From: Trueperaceae bacterium | GTDB taxonomy: Bacteria > Deinococcota > Deinococci > Deinococcales > Trueperaceae | NCBI GenBank assembly: GCA_965215565.1 | Contig: CBDCDZ010000004.1 | Span: 1,792,001-1,856,000 of the forward strand | Direction of reading: 5' to 3' | Length of the DNA stretch: 64,000 nucleotides | Translations under genes and position numbers: made by a program | Shown: in pieces, positions 53,646 through 63,629 of the stretch | How the letters are laid out: each line of letters starts with the position of its first letter | Numbering within the stretch: the stretch's first letter is position 1 | The notes under the pieces: model-generated | Seen by the model: the letters and a program-made list of their open reading frames with translations, nothing else | The model's database searches: none | What the model was told of the DNA's origin: nothing

Positions 53646-54581
53646 TTAAATCCACTGCATCTCGTCTATCTCTTTCGCCGTCTTTCTCTCCAGAAGTTGC
53701 GCCACCTCAGTCGCATTAGGGATAGCCGAGCGCCCCACCCCCGTGCAGGAGAGCGCCGCCGTGACCGAGGCGAAGAGCGCACAGTAGTCCGCGTCGTAAC
53801 CGAGCGCTACGCTGTACGCATACGCCCCGTGAAACACATCGCCTGCGCCAGTCGTATCTACAACGTTGACCGAGAGCGCGGGGACGTGCCGCGTCCGTCC
53901 CCCTTGCTCGAACAAAAAACCTTGCTCGCCTAGCGTGACGCCGACGAGTTGCTCGTCGAACTGTTTAAGTTCGGCGAGCGCCCCCTCGGGGTCATCCTTA
54001 CCTGAAACTTCGGCGGCGCACTCCTCGGAGACGATGAGGTAATCCACCAGGCGCGTCAGCGCCCAACTGCGCGCGTTGCTCCAGTCGCCTACCGTCGGTA
54101 CGCTCAGACGCCGCGCCTCCTGGAGCACCGCCCGGTTCATCTCAGGGTGACGCCCATCGGTGAGGACGCAGCTTACGTCCGCTAACCTCTCGTAAGCCCA
54201 GCCTTGCGCCTCGTCCACCAAATTTTCACCGCGATAGGGGAAGATGTGGCGCTCGCCTGTGGGATCAACGAGTACGGCGCTGACGAAGGTCTTAGCGCCG
54301 GGGAGGGTGCGGAGTTGGGCGCAGTCGACGCCGGCTTGCTCCAATTCCTCCCGCGCGACACGTCCATTGGTATCGTCACCGTGCAGCGCCCACAGTTCAA
54401 CGTTCGCGCCGAGCTTCGCTGCCGTCACCGCCGCCGTCGCCCCTGCACCGCCGCCTTGCACGTAATAACCGGAGGCGTGCGTACGCGAATGTTCGGGCGG
54501 GAAGTGCACGACTTGCCAGATGTGGTCCAAGCAAGAGAGACCCGCGACGAGAAGCTTGGGTCCGGCTGGTTTCGACGTCAT
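53646..54581 (-). CDS. PfkB family carbohydrate kinase
   Basis: GGG..ATAAV..AKLG, VDTTGAGDVFHGA. Confidence 0.92.
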   Translation of the reverse strand: MTSKPAGPKLLVAGLSCLDHIWQVVHFPPEHSRTHASGYYVQGGGAGATAAVTAAKLGANVELWALHGDDTNGRVAREELEQAGVDCAQLRTLPGAKTFVSAVLVDPTGERHIFPYRGENLVDEAQGWAYERLADVSCVLTDGRHPEMNRAVLQEARRLSVPTVGDWSNARSWALTRLVDYLIVSEECAAEVSGKDDPEGALAELKQFDEQLVGVTLGEQGFLFEQGGRTRHVPALSVNVVDTTGAGDVFHGAYAYSVALGYDADYCALFASVTAALSCTGVGRSAIPNATEVAQLLERKTAKEIDEMQWI

Positions 54582-55468
54582 CCTTTGACCCCGCCCGCCG
54601 TAAGCCCGCTGATGATGCGCTGCTGAAAGAAGATGATGAGCACGACTAGGGGCACAATGCCGAGCGTCACCGCTGCGCTGATGACCGCCCAAGGAAAGGC
54701 GAATTCGCCTTGATAAAAGGTGATACCGACGGGCACGGTGCGCATCTCCAACGCCGTATTAAAGGTCAGCGCCAACAAAAACTCGTTCCAAGAATTCACA
54801 AAGACGATGATACCCGCCGTGACGATGCCGGGCGCGGAGAGCGGCATGATGATGCGGAAGAGCGCGCCGACGCGCGTGCAACCGTCTACCGTCGCCGCGC
54901 TCTCCAAATCGCCGGGGATGAGCTGGAAGAAACTCGTCAGAATCAACGTCGCAATCGGCAAGCTGAGCGCCACGTAAGGGATGATGAGCGCCCAATACGT
55001 GTTGAGCAAGTTCGGCGTCGAGACGCTCTCCGGCAGGAAGAAAAAGCCGTCTAGCCAAGGCAAATCCACGCCGCTGAAGAGGCGGTAGAGCGGCACGAGC
55101 AACACGAGCGCGGGGAACATGCTCGTCATCACGATGCCCGTCATGATGATGCGCCGCCCAGGGAGCCGCAGCCGCCCGAGCGCGTAGCCCGCTAGCGCCG
55201 CGAAGAGCACGCAGAGCGCCGTCGCGCCGAGGGATACGACGAACGAGTTGCGCAAAAAGAGGACGAACGGGTTGCGCGAGAAGACCTGCTCATAATTTCT
55301 CAAGGTGAGCGTTTCGGGAAAGTAGGTGATGGGCAACCGGGTCAGCTCCCCGTCCGGCTTGAGCGAAGTCAAAAAAAGCCACACTGCCGGGAAGAAACCG
55401 TTGATGATGACCAACACGAGAGCGAGGGTGATAAAGATGCGGTTGGCAGTACTCGGCTCGCGGTTCAT
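54578..55468 (-). CDS. Carbohydrate ABC transporter permease
   Basis: LESAATVDG, WNEFL, GLTAGGVKG. Confidence 0.93.
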   Translation of the reverse strand: MNREPSTANRIFITLALVLVIINGFFPAVWLFLTSLKPDGELTRLPITYFPETLTLRNYEQVFSRNPFVLFLRNSFVVSLGATALCVLFAALAGYALGRLRLPGRRIIMTGIVMTSMFPALVLLVPLYRLFSGVDLPWLDGFFFLPESVSTPNLLNTYWALIIPYVALSLPIATLILTSFFQLIPGDLESAATVDGCTRVGALFRIIMPLSAPGIVTAGIIVFVNSWNEFLLALTFNTALEMRTVPVGITFYQGEFAFPWAVISAAVTLGIVPLVVLIIFFQQRIISGLTAGGVKG

Positions 55469-55591
55469 CGTTGCACCGAGAGGAAGGTGAAAGATAAAGG
55501 AAAAAAGAGCAAAGAAGCTGGAACGTAGAGGGTGCAGTAGCTAAACGCCCAATTCTGACTTCTGACTTCTGACTTCTGATTTCTCATTTTC

Positions 55592-56767
55592 CTATTCATC
55601 CGTATAAATCCAGCGAAGATAAAAGACCGTGATGCTCAGCGAAAGGACGAAAAGTGCCACGGAGAGTGCGGCGGCGTAACCGATATCCAAGCCGTTCGTC
55701 GTTTTGTAGATGTAGACGCCCAGTGTCTCGAGGGCGCGCCCGGGTCCGCCGTTGGTCATCGCAAAGGGTATATCGAAGGTCTGAATGGCGGTGAGGGTGC
55801 GGAAAATAAGCGCGACGGCGATCGAAGGGCGCAGTAGCGGTAAGGTGATGCGCCAGAAACGCTGCCAAGGGCTAGCGCCGTCCACTACAGCGGCTTCGTA
55901 GAGGCTTTCGTCGATGGACTGTAGACCCGCCAAGAGGATGAGCCCGACGAACGATGAGGTCTTCCAGATAATGGCTAGGTTGGCGGCGATAATCGCAGGG
56001 ATTTCCCTCGCTAGCCACAAGATACCGACCCGCCCCACCATACCTTCAGGCAGCGTGAGACGAAAGAGGTCATTGAGACCGACGCGCCCAAAGAGGTCAT
56101 TGACCACGCCGTAGTCACTCTGAAAAAGCCACGCGAAGGTGAGTCCGGTGAACACGCGCGGCATCGCCCAGGGCAAAAGGAGCGCCACGCGCACGAGCCA
56201 CTTCAAGGGGTGGTTGACGTTGGCCAGAAGCGCCAAGGGCAAGCCGACTAAGAACGAGCCGCCAACGCTCACGATGATGATGAGGAGCGTGATCGAGAAG
56301 GAATTCCAGAACCTCGAGTCGTTCCAGCGACCGTCCTCTCCCGGATGAATCCCCATGAGCGCGCCCGCGACGACCAGAACAGCCACCGTCCAGCCGAGCG
56401 CCACACCGCGCCCAACTGCCCCACGTTGCACGCCCAACCAGAGCGGTACGAGGGCAGCAAAAAGCAGCCCGCGCCATACCCACAGGTGCGCCACACTCCA
56501 GGTCATGTCGCGTCCCCAGAGCATTTCGCGGAAGTTCTCTAAGCCGACGAAGGGCGTGCCCCTAAAGGGTTGGTTGAGCCGCTCGAAGTGAAACGACTGC
56601 CACAGCACGTTCAGAACCGGATAGAGCATCACGAGCGCCAATGTGAGGAGCGCGGGCAGCAAGAGTAAAAAGGCGAGTTGCGGCTCGCTCAGATTGCCTG
56701 CGCGGAGCCGCCGCCAGAAGCCGGGCTTCTGATAGTTAGATCGTTGCGTCTTTACAGAGGACGCCAT
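55592..56767 (-). CDS. Carbohydrate ABC transporter permease
   Basis: LYEAAVVDGAS.WQRF..ITLP, TNGGPG. Confidence 0.93.
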   Translation of the reverse strand: MASSVKTQRSNYQKPGFWRRLRAGNLSEPQLAFLLLLPALLTLALVMLYPVLNVLWQSFHFERLNQPFRGTPFVGLENFREMLWGRDMTWSVAHLWVWRGLLFAALVPLWLGVQRGAVGRGVALGWTVAVLVVAGALMGIHPGEDGRWNDSRFWNSFSITLLIIIVSVGGSFLVGLPLALLANVNHPLKWLVRVALLLPWAMPRVFTGLTFAWLFQSDYGVVNDLFGRVGLNDLFRLTLPEGMVGRVGILWLAREIPAIIAANLAIIWKTSSFVGLILLAGLQSIDESLYEAAVVDGASPWQRFWRITLPLLRPSIAVALIFRTLTAIQTFDIPFAMTNGGPGRALETLGVYIYKTTNGLDIGYAAALSVALFVLSLSITVFYLRWIYTDE

Positions 56768-56787
56768 CACACCCCCTAAAACAGCGT

Positions 56788-56818
56788 GTGGGGACGATTC
56801 GCGAATCGTCCCCGTCAC
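56788..56818. repeat. REP-like palindrome between SBP and permease
   Basis: GTGGGGACGATTCGCGAATCGTCCCGTCAC, similar to the copy near 9210. Confidence 0.7.
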
Positions 56819-56831
56819 AACCTTGTGATTA

Positions 56832-58100
56832 CTACTGCAAGATGTCTTCTAAGCCGAACTGCATCTCTTCTAACGCGCCCTGCACGTCCAGCGAACCTGC
56901 TAGGAAAGCGTTCATGTTCGTGCGAATCAGCTCCGACACGTCGTTGTAAAGCGGCGTCACGGGGCGCGGACGCGCGTTGACGATGACGTCGTAGAACTGC
57001 TCGAAGTGTGGGTTCGCTTCCAAGACCTCAGGGTCTTCGTACAAACTCTCTCGAGCCGGAATACGCGCCGCTTCGATGGCGTGCTGGCGCTGAAACTCGG
57101 GCTGTGTGAAGAACTTGACCACTTCGAAGGCGGCTTCTTTGTTCTCGCTATAGGGGTTGATCGCCCACTGCCAGCCGCCGACACAGGTAGCTGACTCCTG
57201 CCCCTCGAAAGCGGGGAGCGGCGCGATACCGACGTTGCCCGCGACTTGACTGTCTTCGTCACTCTGGAAGCGCGCCCAGGCGTAACCCCAGTTGAGCATG
57301 AAGACTACGTCGCCTGCTTGGAACTCTTGGCGGGAGTTGTCGGTGCCGGTCTCCGCGATGTTCTCCTTCGTGATACCCGAGTCGAGGGTTTGCTGATACC
57401 AGTTAAGCGCCTGCTCGCCCTCAGGCGTATTGATGGTGATATTGCCCTCGTCGTCCTGCCAGTCGCCGCCCGCGGTCCAGAGCGCCTCTAAAAAGGTACA
57501 GACCGTTCCTTCGATGGCGGCACCCTGATAGTTGAAGCCCTGCAAGGAGGGGTCGCCCTCCCCTTCCATGATGGTCTGCGCTTGCTGCAACAGTTCCTCC
57601 CAGGTTTCGGGGGGTCCGTCAAAACCGTACTTCTCCAACAAGTCGGTGCGGTAGTACAAGAACTGCGCGTCGGTGTAGGCGGGGATGGCGTAGAGCGTGC
57701 CGTCTACGGTGTCGGCGTTTACCGGGCCGTCTAAGAAGTCCGCTAGATACTCCGTCTGCGCCTCTTGGCTCTCAAAAAGGTCGCTCATCGGCTCCGCCCA
57801 GCCCGCCGCCGCGTAGGTCGCGGGGCGAATCACGTCGATCTGGAAAATGTCGATCTCGCCGCTCTCGCTGGTCAAGACGGTGTTGAGGTACTGCTGCTGC
57901 TGGTCGCTGGTCGCACCGCCAAGCTCGAACGCGACGCTGATATCGGGGTTTTGCTCCTCGAACCGGTTTGCGAACTCCTCGAACAGTTCAGTCGGCTCGC
58001 GCGGGTCTAAAAACATGGTCACTTCGGTCTGCGCCCAAGCGAGCGAACCCCAAGTCACGGAACCTAGTAAAGCCAACGCTACCCATCTAAAACGCTTCAT
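56832..58100 (-). CDS. Carbohydrate ABC transporter substrate-binding protein
   Basis: Signal peptide, LYYRTDLL, PETWEEL, ARPRPVTP. Confidence 0.93.
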   Translation of the reverse strand: MKRFRWVALALLGSVTWGSLAWAQTEVTMFLDPREPTELFEEFANRFEEQNPDISVAFELGGATSDQQQQYLNTVLTSESGEIDIFQIDVIRPATYAAAGWAEPMSDLFESQEAQTEYLADFLDGPVNADTVDGTLYAIPAYTDAQFLYYRTDLLEKYGFDGPPETWEELLQQAQTIMEGEGDPSLQGFNYQGAAIEGTVCTFLEALWTAGGDWQDDEGNITINTPEGEQALNWYQQTLDSGITKENIAETGTDNSRQEFQAGDVVFMLNWGYAWARFQSDEDSQVAGNVGIAPLPAFEGQESATCVGGWQWAINPYSENKEAAFEVVKFFTQPEFQRQHAIEAARIPARESLYEDPEVLEANPHFEQFYDVIVNARPRPVTPLYNDVSELIRTNMNAFLAGSLDVQGALEEMQFGLEDILQ

Positions 58101-58325
58101 CTTGCCTCCTTAGTTTTTCTTTATGCCTTACTCTACCTTATCAGAGCGCTCTAAGCCAACTCGTGTACCTTCACCGTTCACCAACGTGTTTCAGCAATGA
58201 GTTAAAAGCAATGAGCAACGAGACTAAAGCTTTTAACTCATTACTCATTCGTAAAAAATTCACCAAACGTTTAAGATGTGAGCGCATCTGAAAAACCTCT
58301 GATAAAGAGGGTCTAGGCTAGGGTT

Positions 58326-58529
58326 ATGGGGCCACTCTTTGAAATGTTACTCGGTATGTTACTCGGCGGCGCTAGTTATGCGCTGCTCTGCAAGTGGCTA
58401 GCGTACAGGGTCAACAAGGAGATATATGGGGATACGGGTAAGGTGAGCTTGCGTAAACTCACGGAGAGCAAACGCAAGCTCGGTGGGGCGGGGCGGGCTC
58501 GAGCCCTAACCCCCGAGAAGCAGGCTTAG
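58326..58529 (+). CDS. Small hypothetical single-TM protein
   Basis: 67 aa; TAGGCT-6-ATG leaderless-type start. Confidence 0.5.
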   Translation: MGPLFEMLLGMLLGGASYALLCKWLAYRVNKEIYGDTGKVSLRKLTESKRKLGGAGRARALTPEKQA

Positions 58530-58539
58530 TCCTACGCTT

Positions 58540-60036
58540 CTAAAACTGCCGTGACCACTCGGCGGGCCACCTCTCGACTACAATCTTTGTCTGCGTATAG
58601 AACTCCACCCCGTGCCGCCCTTGCGCGTGCAAGTCGCCGAAGAAAGAGTCGCCCCAACCGCTAAAAGGAAAGAACGCCATAGGCGCAGCCACGCCCAAGT
58701 TGATACCCACGTTGCCCGCGTCCACCGCGTAACGAAACTTCCGCGCCGCTGAACCCGAAGAGGTGAAGAGACACGCCTGGTTGCCAAACGCGCGGCTATT
58801 CACGATGCGGAGGGCGTCGTCCACCGTGTCGGCGTGCATCATGGACAAAACGGGACCAAAGATTTCGGTGTGGGCAAAGTCGCTCTGCGGAGCCACGTCA
58901 TCTAATACGGTGGGCGCAAGGAAGTAGCCGTTGGCAAATTCGTCGTTATCGAGCTTTGGGTTACGTCCATCTCTTAGAAGCTGCGCTCCCTCTTGCACGC
59001 CTCTGTCAATCAGTCCCTCAATCCGTGACTTGCTCTCACCGCTAATGACTGGACCCATCTGCACATCGTCCTCGAGTCCATACCCAACCTTACGGCTTTC
59101 GGCGTCCGCCAAGATGCGCTCGGTGAACTCGCGCCTAGCGTCGCCTACGGTGATCGCCACCGAGGTCGCCAAGCAGCGCTGACCCGCGCAACCGAACGCT
59201 GAGTCCGCCAAGATGCGCGTGGACATGTCCATATTGGCGTCGGGGAGAATCACGGCTGGATTTTTTGCGCCGCCTTGACACTGCGCGCGCTTACCGTTGG
59301 CGGTAGCGCGGCTGTAGATGTACTTGGCAACGGGCGTCGAACCGACAAATGAAATTGCTTTGATATCAGGGTGGTCTAAGAGCGCGTCCACCGTTTCTTT
59401 ACCGCCGTTGATGAGAGTGACGACGCCTTCGGGAAAGCCTGCCTCGTCCAGTAGACGGAAGAGGTACTGACTGGTCAGGGGCACCTTTTCGGAGGGCTTC
59501 AACACGAAACAGTTGCCCGTCGCCACCGCGTAGGGCAAGAACCACAAAGGAATCATGCCCGGAAAGTTGAAAGGTGTAATCGCTGCGACGACGCCCAGAG
59601 GTTGCCGGAACATGTGCTCGTCGATGCCTCTGGCGATGTCCTCGTTGTTATAGCCCTGCATGAGGATAGGCATTCCGCACGCGACTTCGACGTTCTCGAG
59701 CCCTCGTTTAAGTTCAGCCTTCGACTCGGTGAGCGTCTTGCCACACTCCTGCGTCATAGTTTTGGCAAGCTCGCCTAGGTGTTCTTCGAGCAACCTCTTG
59801 AGCTTGAAAAGCGGTTGGATGCGGTCCGTTACTGGGGTGGCTCGCCAGTCGGGGTAGGCGGCAGCGGCGCGCTCTACCGCCCCAGCCACCTCCTCTTTCG
59901 CGGATAGAGGGACCCGAGCCAAAACCTCTGCAGTAGCGGGGTTGTGAACGTCGTCGTAGCTGCCCGCCTGCGAGCGGTGCCACGCTCCACCGACGTAGTT
60001 AAGTAGTTCCACCCTCTGCGCACTGGTTGTCATCAC
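58540..60036 (-). CDS. mmsA: CoA-acylating methylmalonate-semialdehyde dehydrogenase
   Basis: ITPFNFP, SFVGSTP, GGAKN, AGQRCLA, EIFGPV. Confidence 0.93.
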   Translation of the reverse strand: MMTTSAQRVELLNYVGGAWHRSQAGSYDDVHNPATAEVLARVPLSAKEEVAGAVERAAAAYPDWRATPVTDRIQPLFKLKRLLEEHLGELAKTMTQECGKTLTESKAELKRGLENVEVACGMPILMQGYNNEDIARGIDEHMFRQPLGVVAAITPFNFPGMIPLWFLPYAVATGNCFVLKPSEKVPLTSQYLFRLLDEAGFPEGVVTLINGGKETVDALLDHPDIKAISFVGSTPVAKYIYSRATANGKRAQCQGGAKNPAVILPDANMDMSTRILADSAFGCAGQRCLATSVAITVGDARREFTERILADAESRKVGYGLEDDVQMGPVISGESKSRIEGLIDRGVQEGAQLLRDGRNPKLDNDEFANGYFLAPTVLDDVAPQSDFAHTEIFGPVLSMMHADTVDDALRIVNSRAFGNQACLFTSSGSAARKFRYAVDAGNVGINLGVAAPMAFFPFSGWGDSFFGDLHAQGRHGVEFYTQTKIVVERWPAEWSRQF

Positions 60037-60285
60037 ACGCTCCTAACACAACGATAATTTGCATAGAGACTTTATTCGGGGTTTTACGGGCTCGAGCCTC
60101 ATCCTCTGCAAACGTCCACCTTACATAGATTGATGACGGCGCACAGCCCTCCGGTTATTCCTGTGACCTCAATCTACCTCATCAGAGGCGAATCTGCACG
60201 CTGTCCCTGCTGCGTTCAGGTGATAAACTAGCGCTAGGAACCATTTCACCAGCCGAAGCACTCGAGCAACTTAAAGCGAGGAATC

Positions 60286-60819
60286 ATGATTGAAACGCGC
60301 AAACTCACCATAAACGAATGGCGGCGGCTCGCCGAGACCGGGGTCTTTCACGAGGATGAGCGGCTCGAGTTCCGTTACGGAGAGATCATCAAAATGACCC
60401 CTATCGGCAAAGAACACGTTGCAGCAGTTAAGGTAATTAACAAAGCGTTAGTCCGGGCTCTAGCAGATAGAGCGGAGGTGTCACCGCAGAGCGCACTCGA
60501 CTTAGGTGAGATCGAGGTTTACCCTGACCTCGCCATTCATAAACCTTTAGGGAGAGAGATTCCAAAGACGAGCGACATCCTTTGGGTGATCGAAATTTCG
60601 AAGAGCAGCTTAGCTTATGACCGCACCACGAAGCTGAGCGACTACGCGCTTGCAGGCGTTCCCGAATACTGGATTGCAGACCTCACCGAAGAGCGCTTCG
60701 AGGTCTACCTAGAGCCCGAAGGGGCGAGCTACAAAGTTAGGCGGCTCTACCCCTTTAGCGTCGCGTTCGCGCCGCAAGCGTTTCCAGATTTGGAGCGGGC
60801 ATGGTTAGGGGATTACTAA
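60286..60819 (+). CDS. Uma2 family endonuclease
   Basis: ERLE...GEII.M.P, PDLA, VIEIS.SSL.YDR..K...YA.AGVPEYWI.D. Confidence 0.93.
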   Translation: MIETRKLTINEWRRLAETGVFHEDERLEFRYGEIIKMTPIGKEHVAAVKVINKALVRALADRAEVSPQSALDLGEIEVYPDLAIHKPLGREIPKTSDILWVIEISKSSLAYDRTTKLSDYALAGVPEYWIADLTEERFEVYLEPEGASYKVRRLYPFSVAFAPQAFPDLERAWLGDY

Positions 60820-60940
60820 GCTCAAGCTTACGAAAGGTACGTTTGGGTGACTTGCGCCGCTACAGTAACTTCGTAAGAACGTGAGAGAGTACCCTAAAAA
60901 TGGCTCGCTCAGCACCACTACTGACGAGTCTAAATCCTTG

Positions 60941-61053
60941 TAGAGCAATTATCACAACTACTGAGCTTGAATCACGCAGATATCATCTCCGAATGTGCGT
61001 GCTAAACGATGTTATACCCTGTGAGATTGGCTCAAACCAGATGATACCTGCTA
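60941..61053 (-). repeat. Dispersed palindromic repeat copy R8
   Basis: CGCAGATATCATCTCCGAATGTGCGTGCTAAACGATGTT...CCAGATGATACCTGCTA. Confidence 0.9.
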
Positions 61054-61074
61054 TAGATGCCCTTGCAGAGACTA

Positions 61075-61185
61075 AAGCAATTTACAGAAGTACTGTATTG
61101 GAATAGCGCAAGTATCATTCAAGAATGTGTGTGCTCGTCAATGTTCCTCAGAGTGAGACTGGCTCAAACCAAATGATACTTGCTA
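61075..61185 (-). repeat. Dispersed palindromic repeat copy R9 (degenerate, tandem to R8)
   Basis: CGCAAGTATCATTCAAGAATGTGTGTGCT...CCAAATGATACTTGCTA. Confidence 0.8.
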
Positions 61186-62105
61186 TAAACGCCCTCATCC
61201 TCGCCGCCGGACGCGCCAGCAGAATGGGCGTTCCTAAAGTTCTTCTGCCCGCCGGAAGAGGTTATACGCTGCTCTCCAGAGTCCTCGCTACGGCTTTGGC
61301 GTCGGTGGACGGTCAAGTTATTGTCGTTTTGGGGCGCAACGCCGAGCTTTGCCGAGCGGAGATTGAGAGGTATTTGGGAAACTATCCGCAGCATCAGCCT
61401 CGAGTCGTCCCTACAGAAAACCCGCACTACGCAGAAGGGCTGAGCACCTCACTTCGCTGCGGCGTGAAAGAGGTTTTAAGGCTCGAGCCCGCTTCAGGAC
61501 TCATGGTCCTCCTCGCGGACCAACTCGCTTTTGACGAGGCGCGCGCGCGTGACCTCATTCGAGCTTTTAGAGAACGACACCCCGGTACTGTCGCGGTGGC
61601 AGCGGCGGAGAACGGCGAGCAGCGCAACCCCGTCGTCCTTAGCGCGGACCTCTTGCCTGAACTTCTAAAAGTTGAAGGAGATAGGGGCGCACGCGGCGTT
61701 TTGAAGAGGTATGCGCAGAGCGTACAGCGGCTCGAGCTAGGCTCCGGTCCTTGGTTTACCGATACGGACGACTGGGCGACGTACGTCAGGCTAATGCGTG
61801 AATGTGGTTGGCTCGAAGAGGTCTCGGTCCCTGAATTTGCAGGTGAGGTGCCCGCTGAGCTTATCGAAACTATCGAAGCTGCACTAAAGCGCGAGCCTCG
61901 CCCTTTTCTCGCACCCGAGGTACTGCTCGTAGGGGTAGAAGATGGCGCTGTGCAGGGAACGATGAGGCTCAAGCAGCCCGCCCTGCAAACCTCAGCCGGA
62001 CAAGGCGTCAAAACCGTCATCGTTGGAAACGGCACCTCATCCAGGGCGTACCTAGACCTCTTGCGACGTGCTGCGCTCTGGACACTGGGACGTTCACGCA
62101 ACTAG
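61173..62105 (+). CDS. MocA/MobA-like nucleotidyltransferase with C-terminal extension
   Basis: LILAAGRASRMGVPKVLL, GLSTSL, LADQ, GDRGAR, DTD; start uncertain. Confidence 0.85.
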   Translation: MILAINALILAAGRASRMGVPKVLLPAGRGYTLLSRVLATALASVDGQVIVVLGRNAELCRAEIERYLGNYPQHQPRVVPTENPHYAEGLSTSLRCGVKEVLRLEPASGLMVLLADQLAFDEARARDLIRAFRERHPGTVAVAAAENGEQRNPVVLSADLLPELLKVEGDRGARGVLKRYAQSVQRLELGSGPWFTDTDDWATYVRLMRECGWLEEVSVPEFAGEVPAELIETIEAALKREPRPFLAPEVLLVGVEDGAVQGTMRLKQPALQTSAGQGVKTVIVGNGTSSRAYLDLLRRAALWTLGRSRN

Positions 62106-62118
62106 AACCCAAGGCAAT

Positions 62119-62147
62119 AAAAAACTCGCTGAGCGTACTCAGCGAGT
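62119..62147. terminator. Hairpin after nucleotidyltransferase
   Basis: ACTCGCTGAG-CGTA-CTCAGCGAGT with adjacent A-run. Confidence 0.55.
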
Positions 62148-62327
62148 CTCGGATTGCTCCACGCGGTCCCCCCGGTGGATGACTGAAGCCAGTGTAGCGC
62201 ACCCTCAAATGTCATACTAGATACATTTATACCTACCCTTAAAGTACATGCAGCAGGGTACACGCATCCTCTAATGTGGTACGCGCATCCTCTAAGGTAC
62301 GTAGAGGATGTTCGAGGTCGCTTCGAT

Positions 62328-62513
62328 TAGCAGGTATCATCTGGTCTGAAACACTCTCACTTTTGAGAACATCGTTTCACTGCGTGAAAACTGCGTAAGC
62401 AGCACGCACATTCGGAGATGAAATCCCGCAACGGCAGGGCGGCCTGCCCGTAACGCTAGTCCTTACGGACAGAGATCTGCGCTCATCCGTCTCAGTATGT
62501 TTTGGAACTACTA
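62328..62513 (+). repeat. Dispersed palindromic repeat copy R10 (two inserts)
   Basis: TAGCAGGTATCATCTGG...GTCTCAGTATGTTTTGGAACTACTA. Confidence 0.9.
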
Positions 62514-62527
62514 GATATACTGAGTTT

Positions 62528-63610
62528 ATGGACCACCTCATGTATCAGCGCCTCAAACCTCTTCTCTTTCGCGCTGATCCTGAGCGCATTCACGAGCGGG
62601 TGATGGCGGCGCTCACCTGGACGGGACGGCGTCCGGGCGGGCTCAGGCTCGTTTCGCACTTTTGCCAAACGTCTGACAAGAGGTTAGCGGTGGAGCGCTT
62701 CGGGCTCACCTTCCCCAACCCCGTCGGGCTCGCCGCAGGCTTCGACAAGAACGCCCGCGCCGTGCCGACTTGGGCGGCGCTGGGTTTCGGACACGTCGAG
62801 GTGGGCAGCGTCACTGCGCACGCACAGCCGGGCAACCCCAAACCTCGCTTGTTCCGCTTGCCGCGTGATGAGGCGCTCATCAACCGGATGGGCTTCAATA
62901 ACGACGGGGCGGCGGCGGTGGCGAAGAGGTTGAGTCACCTTAGAGCAACACACACTCTGGGCGTCCCGCTAGGCGTCAACTTGGGCAAATCCAAAGTCAC
63001 CTCTTTGGACGACGCGCCGAGCGACTACTTGACCTCTTTGGAGCACCTCTGGAGATGGGCGGACTACTTCGTCATCAACGTGAGTTCGCCGAACACGCCG
63101 GGGCTGCGGGAATTACAGGACAAGGAGAGGCTCGAGACCCTCCTACAAGCCGTCACAGGCTACGCCGCCGCGCAAGAGGTCCAGAGACCCATCCTGCTCA
63201 AAATCGCGCCCGACTTGACCTTTTCGCAAATCGACGAGATCGTCGCGTTGGTCTTGGAGTACGGACTTAGCGGGCTCATCGCCACGAATACGACGGTTTC
63301 ACGTGCGGGGCTCGAGATGAAAATAGACGAGGCGGGCGGGCTCTCAGGGCGTCCCTTGCAAACGAGGTCTTTAGAGGTTTTGAAGCACCTCCGCGCTCAG
63401 GTGGGCGAACTGCCGCTCGTCTCGGTGGGCGGCGTCTTCTCCGCGGATGACGTCTACGAACGGCTCAGGGCGGGCGCATGTCTGGTGCAGCTCTACACGA
63501 GCCTGGTCTACGAAGGACCGCTGCTCCTCAAGAGGTTGAACGAAGGGGTGCTAGAGAGGTTGGAGCGAGACGAGTTTTCTAGGGTTGAAGAGGTGATCGG
63601 CTCGAGTTGA
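62528..63610 (+). CDS. pyrD: Quinone-dependent dihydroorotate dehydrogenase
   Basis: NPVGLAAGFDKN, INRMGFNN, NVSSPNTPGLR, GGLSG. Confidence 0.96.
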   Translation: MDHLMYQRLKPLLFRADPERIHERVMAALTWTGRRPGGLRLVSHFCQTSDKRLAVERFGLTFPNPVGLAAGFDKNARAVPTWAALGFGHVEVGSVTAHAQPGNPKPRLFRLPRDEALINRMGFNNDGAAAVAKRLSHLRATHTLGVPLGVNLGKSKVTSLDDAPSDYLTSLEHLWRWADYFVINVSSPNTPGLRELQDKERLETLLQAVTGYAAAQEVQRPILLKIAPDLTFSQIDEIVALVLEYGLSGLIATNTTVSRAGLEMKIDEAGGLSGRPLQTRSLEVLKHLRAQVGELPLVSVGGVFSADDVYERLRAGACLVQLYTSLVYEGPLLLKRLNEGVLERLERDEFSRVEEVIGSS

Positions 63611-63629
63611 GGAGGTTGAGTAAGAGGTT

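Noticed and set aside
60941..61185. Tandem R8/R9 as a CRISPR or guide array
   Set aside because: Only two long degenerate units of the dispersed repeat, no regular spacers and no cas genes.
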